This document shows positions 36,008-45,085 of a stretch of 64,000 nucleotides of DNA, in pieces. Both the position numbers and the translations under genes were made by a program. Numbering within the stretch: position 1 is the stretch's first letter; every line of letters begins with the position of its first letter. The stretch comes from Candidatus Magasanikiibacteriota bacterium (lineage in GTDB: Bacteria > Patescibacteriota > Patescibacteriia > Magasanikbacterales > GWA2-37-8): positions 4,867 to 68,866 of the forward strand of contig CAWDHY010000002.1 of the NCBI GenBank assembly GCA_963802255.1. Reading direction: 5' to 3'. Below the pieces are notes generated by a model. That model had not been told where the DNA came from and did not search any database. It was given only the letters and a program-made list of their open reading frames with translations.

Positions 36008-38548
36008 ATGGACCAGATTGACTATTCAACTTTAGTTGCATCAAATTCTGATCTTATATTAATCCTGGCAGCCGCCGTTGGATCCATTTTAACTTTTATC
36101 ATTTTTTTAAATGTAATCAGAAAGATACTGCATGCTAAGGCTAAGACGAGCAAAGCATTTCACCGGACAGTTTTATTAATAAAAATTCCAAAGGAACGCG
36201 GCGGAGAAAAACAAGAATCCGGACAGGAAGATAATATCAATCAAATTCGCGAGCAGATAGCCATGGCCGAAACGCTTTTTTCCACCATTGCCGGATTATC
36301 TGCGGAAAAAGGTTTTATGGCCTGGTTAAGAGGAAGAAACGACCATTTGGCATTTGAGATCGTGGTTTCCAATGGAAAAATATCATTTTATGCGGCCATC
36401 CCCGACAAGTTAAAAGATTTTATTGGACAACAAATTCATGCCCAATATCCCCATTCGCAAATTACGGAGGAGTCCGATTACAATATTTTTAAACCCGACA
36501 GCCATATTGTCGGTGCATATCTGCATTTCAAATCACGCTCCGCCTTTCCGCTAAAGACATACAAACAACTGGAGAGCGATCCCCTACTCTCCCTTTTAAA
36601 TCCGCTGAGCAAATTATCCGAAAATGAAGGAGCGCTTATTCAATATGTAATCCGCCCGGCTCCGCCTGCATGGCGAAGCCAAGGAGTAAGCATGATAAGA
36701 GAAATTCGCGGAGGACAAAAATTTGAAAATGTTGCGAGCAGAAGCGGCGTGTCAAAATCCTTAAATAAATGGAAGAAATTTTTTTCAAGTGGAAAAAAAG
36801 ATAATTCAAAACAAGGGCCTGGCGCCACAGAGCCCTATCGCCTAACTCAGCAGGAAGAAGAAATGGTGAAAAGCATGGAAGAAAAATTAAGTTTAGGCGG
36901 ACTGGAGTTGACGATACGACTGGTCAGTTCAGCCCCAACTCGCGAAAAAGCAAAACTAATTTTAGAAAATTCTCTTAACTCTTTCAGTCAGTATAGCATC
37001 TACCGCTATGGTAACGCCCTAGGAGCATCAGTGCCTGCCAAACCGGGAAAACTTATCCGTGAATCAATTTATCGCTCACCACAGGAAAAGTATAATATGG
37101 TGGCAAGCACAGCTGAAATGGCAGGTTTTTGGCATTTGCCGCTACCTTCCACCGAAACACCTCATATCGACTGGCTAGGAGCACGAAAGGCCCCACCGCC
37201 GTTAAATATGCCGACTGAAGGCATTATCTTAGGCAGAACGCTTTACAGGGGCGAAGAAACGATTATCCGCATGACTCGATCCGACCGGCGTCGACATCTT
37301 TACACAATCGGTAAATCCGGCTCGGGCAAATCGGTATTTATACAGAATTTAGCGGTGCAGGACGTCCTAAATGGCGAAGGAGTTTGCGTTATTGACCCAC
37401 ATGGCGATTTTGCAGAGTACGTTTTGCAACATGTTCCCAAGGAACGGGCGGAAGATGTAATTTATTTTAATCCATCCGATGTTGATCGTCCGGTCGGCAT
37501 GAATATGCTTGAAATTAAAACCGAGGATCAAAAAGATTTCGCCACTCAAGAAATGATTTCAATTTTTTATAAAATGGTAACAGACCCCTCGATGATCGGC
37601 CCGATGTTCGAGCATAATATGCGCAACGTTATGCTGACATTAATGTCAGATATGGAAATGCCGGGAACGATCGCTGAAATTCCGCGTATGTTTACGGACG
37701 ACGCATTTGTTGAGTCATGGAAAAAGAAATTGAAAGACCCGGTGGTAATGTCATTCTGGGAAAAGGAAATGGCCAAAACATCCGACTTTCATAAATCGGA
37801 AATGCTTGGCTATCTCATTTCTAAAGTCGGACGCTTTACTGAAAATGCCATGATCCGAAATATTATCGGCCAATCACATTCGGGCTTTAATTTCCGCGAC
37901 GTCATGGACCAAAAAAAGATACTTTTGGTAAATCTGGCAAAGGGCTTGGTCGGCGAAATTAACGCCAATCTTCTCGGAATGATTATCGTATCAAAATTAC
38001 AAATGGCGGCCTTGGAACGCGCTTCATTGCCCGAAGAAGAACGACATGATTTTTATCTGTACATCGACGAGTTCCAAAACTTTATAACAGACTCGATCGC
38101 CACAATCCTTTCTGAAGCACGAAAATACCGTTTAGAGTTAATCATCGCCCATCAGTATATGAAACAACTGGAAGATAATAAAGGCAAAACAACAGTCCGC
38201 GACGCTGTGCTGGGTAATGCCGGTACATTGGTTTCATTCCGTATCGGAATTGAAGATGCAGAAATACTTCAAAAAGAATTTGCCCCGGTATTTTCAGCAT
38301 ATGATTTAATTAACGTAGAGCAATATACGGCCTATGTTAAATTGCTTATTGACAACACGGCAGCAAAACCGTTTAATATGATGACTTATCCGCCTCAGCC
38401 GGGAAACAAGGAGCTGGCTGCTGCCATTAAGGAGTTATCGAGGCTTAAATATGGCCGGCCGCGCGAAATTGTGGAAGCAGAAATACTTGAGAGATCCCAG
38501 CTCGGATCAGCTGTGCCTCAAAACACGATAAGCGAACAATCACTCTAA
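36008..38548 (+). CDS. TraD/TrwB/VirD4-family (type IV secretion coupling-protein-like) ATPase with an extra ~420-aa N-terminal domain
   Basis: Walker A GKSGSGKS (nt ~37311-37334), followed by VIDPHGDF and FNPSDVDRP (TrwB_AAD-like). Walker B YIDEFQNF. C-terminal HQYMKQL...GNAGTLVSFRIG matches the TraG/TraD C-terminal pattern. N-terminal TM helix (aa 15-35). Confidence 0.7.
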   Translation: MDQIDYSTLVASNSDLILILAAAVGSILTFIIFLNVIRKILHAKAKTSKAFHRTVLLIKIPKERGGEKQESGQEDNINQIREQIAMAETLFSTIAGLSAEKGFMAWLRGRNDHLAFEIVVSNGKISFYAAIPDKLKDFIGQQIHAQYPHSQITEESDYNIFKPDSHIVGAYLHFKSRSAFPLKTYKQLESDPLLSLLNPLSKLSENEGALIQYVIRPAPPAWRSQGVSMIREIRGGQKFENVASRSGVSKSLNKWKKFFSSGKKDNSKQGPGATEPYRLTQQEEEMVKSMEEKLSLGGLELTIRLVSSAPTREKAKLILENSLNSFSQYSIYRYGNALGASVPAKPGKLIRESIYRSPQEKYNMVASTAEMAGFWHLPLPSTETPHIDWLGARKAPPPLNMPTEGIILGRTLYRGEETIIRMTRSDRRRHLYTIGKSGSGKSVFIQNLAVQDVLNGEGVCVIDPHGDFAEYVLQHVPKERAEDVIYFNPSDVDRPVGMNMLEIKTEDQKDFATQEMISIFYKMVTDPSMIGPMFEHNMRNVMLTLMSDMEMPGTIAEIPRMFTDDAFVESWKKKLKDPVVMSFWEKEMAKTSDFHKSEMLGYLISKVGRFTENAMIRNIIGQSHSGFNFRDVMDQKKILLVNLAKGLVGEINANLLGMIIVSKLQMAALERASLPEEERHDFYLYIDEFQNFITDSIATILSEARKYRLELIIAHQYMKQLEDNKGKTTVRDAVLGNAGTLVSFRIGIEDAEILQKEFAPVFSAYDLINVEQYTAYVKLLIDNTAAKPFNMMTYPPQPGNKELAAAIKELSRLKYGRPREIVEAEILERSQLGSAVPQNTISEQSL

Positions 38549-38557
38549 ATATAAATT

Positions 38558-40117
38558 ATGGCAACATTATACCGAAAATACCGTCCGCAAAAATTTGCCG
38601 ATCTTGTCGGTCAGGAACATCTGGTGCAAACTCTGACTAACGAAATCAGCTCGGGTAAAATTGCCCATGCTTATTTATTCTCCGGGCCTCGTGGCATCGG
38701 CAAAACAACAATGGCACGTCTTTTAGCTAAAGCGATTAATTGCGAAAATCATCGTGACGGTAAATTTGAGCCATGCGACGACTGTACATCATGCAAAGAA
38801 ATATCCGTTGCGCGTAATATTGACGTAATAGAAATTGATGCCGCCTCAAATACCGGCGTCGATAATGTAAGAGAAAATATTATTGACAATGCACAATTTA
38901 AACCGACAAAATCAAAATATAAAGTGTTTATCATTGACGAGGTTCACATGCTTTCCAGCAGTTCCTTCAATGCTCTGCTTAAAACCCTCGAAGAACCACC
39001 GGCTCACGTCATTTTTGTTCTGGCAACCACTGAACTTCAAAAGTTGCCCGCTACAATAATATCACGCTGCCAAAGATTTAACTTCAAAAAAATTCCTGAA
39101 GAAATAATGATGAAAAGGCTTGTCGAAATAGCTGAAGGCGAAAAAATTAAAATTGAAAAAGATGTTTTAAAACGGGTAATAACAAAAAGTGACGGTTGCA
39201 TGCGCGATGCGGAAAGTTTGCTGGGACAAATAATGTCGTTAAATCTGAAAAAAATCGGATCTGAAGACGCGGCCCAAATATTACCCACTGCCGATATTGA
39301 ATCTGCCCTTAATTATATTCAAGCTATTGCTGAAAAAAATCCTGGCAGAGCAATTTCAATTTTGGAAGAATTAGCGAAAGATGGCATGTCAATTGATCAA
39401 TTTGCCTTGGATGTAATTGATGTTTTACGGGCAACAATGATTGCCGAAACGGGAAGTACGGCATACGGTCTGGACTATACGGAAAAAGACAGAAAACAAC
39501 TGATGCCGCTGGCAAAAAAGTTAGGCAACCAATTATTAATCCCCCTTATCGATGCTGCATTAAAGCGTAAATCAGAAATTAAACAATCAACCGTTCCACA
39601 GTTGCCGATGGAACTTTTGGCGGTTGAATTCGGATCAGACAATGATGATGAGACGCCGAAAAATCCGCCGATAATTAAGCACATCGCGTCAGATGAGACG
39701 CCGGAAAATAGCGCGGAAAGTCAGCCGGGCATTTCAAATTCAAAAATTCACGAGCCGGAGAAGACTACAAGCACAACTTCAGCTTCTGAATCATTAACTA
39801 TTGAACAAATTTCAGAAAAATGGCAGGATGCAATAAGAATCCTATCGGAGAACTTTCCTTCACTTGTTTTCGTTCTAAAAATGGCAGAAATTTCAAGCGC
39901 CGGAAAGAATAAATTCAATCTTATGTTCCCTTACTCTTTTCACAAAGAAAAAGTAGAAGACAAAAAATGTCGGAGAGCGATTGAAGAAATAATGTCCGAT
40001 TTATTAAAACAAAAAATATCTTTTTCCTGTAGTGTAAGTGAACAGGAGGTAAAATCCGTTGAGGAAACGGATCTGTCAGGCATAGCTGCGCAATTTGGCG
40101 GTGAAGTTATCTCGTAA
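38558..40117 (+). CDS. dnaX: DNA polymerase III subunit gamma/tau
   Basis: HAYLFSGPRGIGKTT Walker A, zinc-binding CENHRDGKFEPCDDCTSC, clamp-loader sensor motifs; 519 aa. Confidence 0.9.
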   Translation: MATLYRKYRPQKFADLVGQEHLVQTLTNEISSGKIAHAYLFSGPRGIGKTTMARLLAKAINCENHRDGKFEPCDDCTSCKEISVARNIDVIEIDAASNTGVDNVRENIIDNAQFKPTKSKYKVFIIDEVHMLSSSSFNALLKTLEEPPAHVIFVLATTELQKLPATIISRCQRFNFKKIPEEIMMKRLVEIAEGEKIKIEKDVLKRVITKSDGCMRDAESLLGQIMSLNLKKIGSEDAAQILPTADIESALNYIQAIAEKNPGRAISILEELAKDGMSIDQFALDVIDVLRATMIAETGSTAYGLDYTEKDRKQLMPLAKKLGNQLLIPLIDAALKRKSEIKQSTVPQLPMELLAVEFGSDNDDETPKNPPIIKHIASDETPENSAESQPGISNSKIHEPEKTTSTTSASESLTIEQISEKWQDAIRILSENFPSLVFVLKMAEISSAGKNKFNLMFPYSFHKEKVEDKKCRRAIEEIMSDLLKQKISFSCSVSEQEVKSVEETDLSGIAAQFGGEVIS

Positions 40118-40125
40118 ATTAATCT

Positions 40126-40950
40126 ATGAATACAATGAATATCTTAATTACAATGGCTTTGGGCATTGCTTTTCCCACGACTCCGATTATCACTCCACCG
40201 GAGATGGTTGACCTCGATGTTCCTTTTGTAACAGAAATTCCTGACGGACAATGGACGGCTCCTTGGAACAACGCCTGTGAAGAAGCGTCTGTCACTATGG
40301 TTGACCAATATTATTTAGGAGTTAAAGAAATCTCAAGAGCTGAATCAAAAAAACTGATGTGGCCGCTCTTTGCCGCAGAGATCAAACTTTTTGGCTATAA
40401 CGCGGACACAAATGCTGAAGAAACAGCGGAATTGGCGGAAAACATGCTTGATTTTGCGATCACAATTAAGGATAACCCGACTCTTGAAGATATAAAAAAT
40501 GAGCTTCGCAATAAACGGCCGGTAATTTCCATGCATTATGGCTTTGCATTAAACAACCCTGCTTTACGCTTTCGCAGAGAAGGATCCTCATTCCACATGA
40601 TGGTTATCAGCGGTTTTGATGATAAGACGCAAGAATTTATAGTTGAAGACCCGGGAAATCCTAACGGGGTTGACTTTCGCTATAAATATGATAACATCAT
40701 GAGCACTCTGCATGATTTCAATCACAAAGACAAAAAGGCTGACGGACCAGCCAGGGTACTTTTCACTTCAGAAAAAATGTTGGCAAAAGCCGCTGGTGGT
40801 ACAAGAATATTCCTGATAAAAGACAATAAAAAACACTACATAGCTCATCCTGATCTATTCAAAAAATACGGATGGAGCTGGACAAAAGTAAAATCAGTGG
40901 ATAAATCTTTTCTTGACAACCTGGAAAACGGCGAGGCAATACGTAATTGA
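40126..40950 (+). CDS. Secreted protein with a C39-like (papain-fold) peptidase domain
   Basis: Signal peptide; candidate Cys (WNNACEEASVTM), His (SSFHMMVISGFDD) and Asp (VEDPGN) spaced as in the Peptidase_C39_2 family. Resemblance only. Confidence 0.45.
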   Translation: MNTMNILITMALGIAFPTTPIITPPEMVDLDVPFVTEIPDGQWTAPWNNACEEASVTMVDQYYLGVKEISRAESKKLMWPLFAAEIKLFGYNADTNAEETAELAENMLDFAITIKDNPTLEDIKNELRNKRPVISMHYGFALNNPALRFRREGSSFHMMVISGFDDKTQEFIVEDPGNPNGVDFRYKYDNIMSTLHDFNHKDKKADGPARVLFTSEKMLAKAAGGTRIFLIKDNKKHYIAHPDLFKKYGWSWTKVKSVDKSFLDNLENGEAIRN

Positions 40951-40960
40951 TATTTCACTA

Positions 40961-41034
40961 TCCGGGATCGTCTAATGGCAGGACTGCAGACTCTGAATCT
41001 GCATATCTTGGTTCGAATCCAAGTCCCGGAACCA
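40961..41034 (+). tRNA. tRNA-Gln (anticodon CTG) with encoded CCA
   Basis: Acceptor TCCGGGA/TCCCGGA, anticodon arm GCAGA-CTCTGAA-TCTGC, T-arm CTTGG-TTCGAAT-CCAAG, then ACCA and a T-run. Confidence 0.75.
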
Positions 41035-41141
41035 TTTTTTATATCATCGCCATCTGACAATAATTAGATTTTATTAAATTAAAAAATCCTCCGCTATCTG
41101 GCGAAGGATTTTTTTATTTATTTCCATTCAGAACTGCCCAA

Positions 41142-41774
41142 TTATTTTTTCGGAGCACCCGCTTTTTTTGCCGGTGTTTTTTTCTTAGCAACAGTTTTTT
41201 TTGCCAATGACTTAGGCTTTGCCGTCACTTTATTATTTTTTTTGATTTCATTTTTTTCTTCAACAATTTTCGTTGCTTCTTTTTCCTTTTTTCCGCCTCC
41301 CAATGCCTGCAAAATTTGATCGAGCTTAACGTTTAATACAGCAAACTGCTGTTTAATATTTTCACCGCCTTTTTCTTGTGATCCTCCGGCGCTATTCTTT
41401 CCAAAACAAGCATCACAAAATACCGACTTTCCCGGCATTGGTTTAAAAGGTACTCGACACTTTGTTCCGCATTTAGCGCAAACTGTCTCGTGCATTTGTT
41501 TATCATCACGTGGTCTTCCCTGTCTTTCACCGCCAAATCTACTATTTGACCTATCATTGCTGCCACCACCTTGTCTGTCAAAACAAGCACTGCAAAAAAC
41601 AGGCCTATCACCTGTTGGCTTAAAAGGAATTTCACATTCTTTACCGCATTTACTGCAGATTGCCTGATGCATTTGCGTCCTACCGCCGCCAAAACCGCCT
41701 CTATTACCCCCGCCGAATGGCCTTCCGCCAAATCTGCTTCCTCCCGGTCTATTACTTCGGTTAAAATCTCCCAT
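41142..41774 (-). CDS. Nucleic-acid-binding-like protein: RGG/FGG-rich N-terminus, two tandem CxxC-x12-CxxC zinc ribbons, Lys-rich histone-H1-like tail
   Basis: Start at the internal Met (MGDFNRSNRPGG...). Repeats QAICSKCGKECEIPFKPTGDRPVFCSACF and ETVCAKCGTKCRVPFKPMPGKSVFCDACF. Tail KKTVAKKKTPAKKAGAPKK. Confidence 0.6.
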   Translation of the reverse strand: MGDFNRSNRPGGSRFGGRPFGGGNRGGFGGGRTQMHQAICSKCGKECEIPFKPTGDRPVFCSACFDRQGGGSNDRSNSRFGGERQGRPRDDKQMHETVCAKCGTKCRVPFKPMPGKSVFCDACFGKNSAGGSQEKGGENIKQQFAVLNVKLDQILQALGGGKKEKEATKIVEEKNEIKKNNKVTAKPKSLAKKTVAKKKTPAKKAGAPKK

Positions 41775-41903
41775 ATATTTGTATAAATGAGTTATAAATA
41801 CTGTAAATCGTAGTCTATCACAGTTTATATAAAAAATCAATGGTCAGCCTTGTTCATGGAGAATATTGCTTTCCCTGCATCCAACATGATATTCTATATT
41901 CAT

Positions 41904-42599
41904 ATGCAAAAAATAGCCATTATTATTCCCACCTATCACGAAAAAGTGAATATCCGGCCGCTAGTCGAGAGAATTTTTGCCCAAAAAATTCCGAATTTAA
42001 CAATCATTTTTGTCGACGATAATTCATCTGACGGCACACCAGAAGAAATACATGAATTATCAAAACAATATCAGATAGAAATAATCAGGAGGGCCAACAA
42101 ACTGGGAATCGGCTCCGCTTATATTTGCGGTTTTCGTAAAGCATTAAATGAACAATATGATTTGATTATGGAAATGGACGCTGATTTATCGCATGCACCC
42201 GAAGATATTCCAAAAATTTTGACGGCAATTTATAACGGAGCGGACATGGTTATCGGTTCCAGAAAAATTCCCGGCGGTGAAATTGTCGGATGGAATTGGA
42301 GAAGGCACTTAATGAGCAACGGGGCGATGATTATTTCCAGATTAATGCTTAAACTAAAAACAAAAGATGTGACAGCCGGATTTAGATGTTACAAAAGAAA
42401 AGTTTTAGAAAAAATTGATTTAGAAAAAATAAAAAGCAATGGCTATGCTTTTCAGGAAGAGATGCTTTTTTGGGCGGAAAAGCTAGGTTTTAAAGTTGTT
42501 GAAGTACCGGTAAAATTTATTGATCGAAAAATGGGACACTCAAAACTGTCAGGCAAGGACATAGTGGAGTTTTTTAAAGTGATGATAAAATTGTTTTAA
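41904..42599 (+). CDS. GT2 polyprenol-phosphate glycosyltransferase (dolichyl-phosphate mannose synthase-like)
   Basis: IIIPTYHEKVNI...FVDDNSSDGT (GT-A DxD region). Start set at MQKIAII. Confidence 0.8.
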   Translation: MQKIAIIIPTYHEKVNIRPLVERIFAQKIPNLTIIFVDDNSSDGTPEEIHELSKQYQIEIIRRANKLGIGSAYICGFRKALNEQYDLIMEMDADLSHAPEDIPKILTAIYNGADMVIGSRKIPGGEIVGWNWRRHLMSNGAMIISRLMLKLKTKDVTAGFRCYKRKVLEKIDLEKIKSNGYAFQEEMLFWAEKLGFKVVEVPVKFIDRKMGHSKLSGKDIVEFFKVMIKLF

Positions 42600-43503
42600 G
42601 CTCATCCAAAGTATTTACCCGCACTAATTTAGCGCGTAGTTTTTTTATACCGAAAATTTCATTGATCCGGTCTCCATGAAAATACCACGCGAGATGTTTT
42701 CTGAAGGACGTCATTCCCCTCTCACCGTAATGTTTAACATGAAGCTCAGCATGACGAATTACGGTGTCAATTATTTGGCTCATTTCTGCGTGATTATTAT
42801 TTGTATTCAATATCCATGGATTGCCAAGCGCCCCTCTGCCTATCATCACACCATCAGCACCGGTTATTTGCAGACAATTAAGAATATCTTCTTTAGTTCG
42901 AATATCACCGTTTGCCAATAGAGGTATTGAAAGCGTTTTTTTAACTTCTGCGATTCTCCGCCAATTGGCCTGTCCTGAATATCCTTGAATTTTTGTTCTG
43001 CCATGAACAGCAATCAAATCAATACCGGCATTTTCTAATCGTTTAGAAAAATCAAAAATTTCATCATCCCGGCTCCAGCCAAGACGCGTCTTTGCGGAAA
43101 GTGGCACACCGATATTTTCTTTTTTTATAGCCTCGACAATTTTTATCGCTAAATCCGGATGACGCATCAAAGACGCTCCGGCTTTTGTTTTATGTGCAAC
43201 TTTTGGTACCGGACATCCCATGTTAATATCAATACCATCTGGTTTAAAACTATCGACAATTAATCGCGCGGCTTTAGCCATTGTCAAAGGATCATCGCCA
43301 AATATCTGAATAATAACAGGATGCTCTTTCCCCATGATTTCGCACATGCGTAATGTTTTTTCATTACATCGCACTATCGCCGCAGAGCTCACCATTTCAC
43401 GGTAAATTACAAAATCATTACCGCTGATTTCACGGCATAATAAACCAAAAGGCCGATCGGTATAGTCGGCCATTGGAGCAAGGGCAATAATAGATTTAGG
43501 CAT
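42574..43503 (-). CDS. dusB: tRNA-dihydrouridine synthase
   Basis: ALAPMADYTDRPFGLLCRE, NMGCPVPKV FMN/TIM-barrel motifs. Start set at MPKSII to remove the poly-Arg N-terminal read-through. Confidence 0.85.
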   Translation of the reverse strand: MPKSIIALAPMADYTDRPFGLLCREISGNDFVIYREMVSSAAIVRCNEKTLRMCEIMGKEHPVIIQIFGDDPLTMAKAARLIVDSFKPDGIDINMGCPVPKVAHKTKAGASLMRHPDLAIKIVEAIKKENIGVPLSAKTRLGWSRDDEIFDFSKRLENAGIDLIAVHGRTKIQGYSGQANWRRIAEVKKTLSIPLLANGDIRTKEDILNCLQITGADGVMIGRGALGNPWILNTNNNHAEMSQIIDTVIRHAELHVKHYGERGMTSFRKHLAWYFHGDRINEIFGIKKLRAKLVRVNTLDELKTILSSL

Positions 43504-44875
43504 AAGGTAAATCTTCCGGCGCCGGCGCCTTCGGCTTTTCTTCTTTATTTTGATCAACCGCCTTTGATTTTAAAGGCATGGTAAAATGCTCTACCGGTAA
43601 ATTTATTGGTGGTTCGCCACGTTTAATATTTGCTTTCTGGATCAACGGAGTTTTAACCAGCGGTAATGGAAAATGCCAGATAGTAGCCAGTTCTTCAATG
43701 TTAAGAATATACGGGTCATTGGTAAATTTTAGCGCACGATTTTTATAAGCTGATACGATGTTTTGACCGCTAATTATCTTCGCCTTAAAACCATTGCGGT
43801 TGTTTATATAAAATTGATTCATGGCACCGATTAAACCCTGGACGCATTTATGCGGTTTGAATAATTCATTTTTCGCGGCATATAAGACGCGTACTCTGGA
43901 TTTAAACCCAAGTTTTGATATTTTATCTTCAATAGATTCAATTACCGCTCTTGCTCCCGGCGTTAAGTCGGATACTTTTCCCACAGTTTCTTCCTTCTTT
44001 TTTTTCTCTTCTTCGGCGCTAAAATCATATTTCCATGCCTGGATAGCTGTTTTTAACACCCATTCCGGCGCACTCCCAACCATACTAACTAAGCCGTTTT
44101 TCTTCGGCTCTTTTTTATTGGCAACTATTTTCTTAACCAAATCAATACCATCTTTTTTCCAGCTATTATCAACCGGTAAGACAACAATTTGCATCCATAA
44201 ATGTTCACCCGGCCCAATGCGGGAAAAATTTTCCAATATGGCGGCCATAGGATCGGTAAATACGACATCTTTGGAAATAGTATACTCGAATTCAGAATAA
44301 ACCCGGATTGGATATACGTCACTTTCCGCTAAACTAAACTCCGCGCCTTGCGCATCATATTCGGAATTGGGAAATGTCTCCGGTATCATTGAAACATAAT
44401 CTTCAACTTCAGTAATTTCCGCTTCCGAATACTGGGCATAAATTGCCGCTTCAACTAAATCTCGAAAAGATACTTCGGTGCGCACAACAAATTGTATATA
44501 CCCTTCGACACTGATAATTTCGAAACTAAACCATTTCGGCAGTTTCCCCTCAAAGTACCTTTCATAAACATTATAATTTACTTGTGCGCCACTCAAATGT
44601 ACAAAAATTTGTTCAACCGCTTTTGGCGATTGGACAAACTCTGCCGGAATATCCACCGCAAGCACGGTCCATTGCCAAGTTTTTAAGTACTCCTTCTGTT
44701 TAAACAACATCCATTCGTCAAGCGCTTTTTTAAATAAAAAAATTGCGATTAGCCACCATACTAAAATCGCAAAAATTGCTTTTGCCATTTCAAAAGGAGG
44801 CAATGACAAAAATGTCTGCCAAAAAGACAAATTAATACTGAAGCCAAACGGTGTTTCAAAAAGCCACGGCTCCAT
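43496..44875 (-). CDS. Stand-alone paralog of the N-terminal domain of the 36008..38548 coupling-protein-like gene (no ATPase domain)
   Basis: Two N-terminal TMs, then a body colinear with aa 1-420 of the 846-aa protein, e.g. IWHFPLPLVKTPLIQKANIKRGEPPINLP versus FWHLPLPSTETPHIDWLGARKAPPPLNMP, and FEIISVEGYIQFVV versus FEIVVSNGKISFYAA. Confidence 0.6.
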   Translation of the reverse strand: MEPWLFETPFGFSINLSFWQTFLSLPPFEMAKAIFAILVWWLIAIFLFKKALDEWMLFKQKEYLKTWQWTVLAVDIPAEFVQSPKAVEQIFVHLSGAQVNYNVYERYFEGKLPKWFSFEIISVEGYIQFVVRTEVSFRDLVEAAIYAQYSEAEITEVEDYVSMIPETFPNSEYDAQGAEFSLAESDVYPIRVYSEFEYTISKDVVFTDPMAAILENFSRIGPGEHLWMQIVVLPVDNSWKKDGIDLVKKIVANKKEPKKNGLVSMVGSAPEWVLKTAIQAWKYDFSAEEEKKKKEETVGKVSDLTPGARAVIESIEDKISKLGFKSRVRVLYAAKNELFKPHKCVQGLIGAMNQFYINNRNGFKAKIISGQNIVSAYKNRALKFTNDPYILNIEELATIWHFPLPLVKTPLIQKANIKRGEPPINLPVEHFTMPLKSKAVDQNKEEKPKAPAPEDLPYA

Positions 44876-45085
44876 AACAACATTATTTTAAGGCGTTGAA
44901 AATGCCGCCATAAACAATAAGAACGGCAAAGCCCGTCCACCACCAACTAAAACCGGCGGAAAAATAACCGCCAAGATATGCTAACAAAGCAATCATAGTG
45001 ATGATGAATGCCACAAAATGACGAGTGGAATTATCGCTCATAATACAATATTTTTAATGATGTTATTATACCACAATTCTAAAAA

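Noticed and set aside
32137-40950. Interpreting the plus-strand island as a mobile element or ICE
   Set aside because: It contains the essential dnaX gene and a tRNA but no integrase, relaxase or direct repeats detectable by eye. The coupling-protein-like ATPase alone is insufficient to call an integrative element.
41333-41731. 132-aa antisense-frame ORF inside the zinc-ribbon gene
   Set aside because: Same strand but a different frame, inside a gene whose frame shows a striking internal duplication of a Cys motif. No independent support.
43504-43557. Poly-Arg N-terminal extension of the dus ORF (MIKIKKKSRRRRRRKIYL...)
   Set aside because: It overlaps the last 62 nt of the upstream gene. 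The conserved Dus N-terminus starts at MPKSIIALAPMADYTD, so the extension is read-through in an alternative frame.
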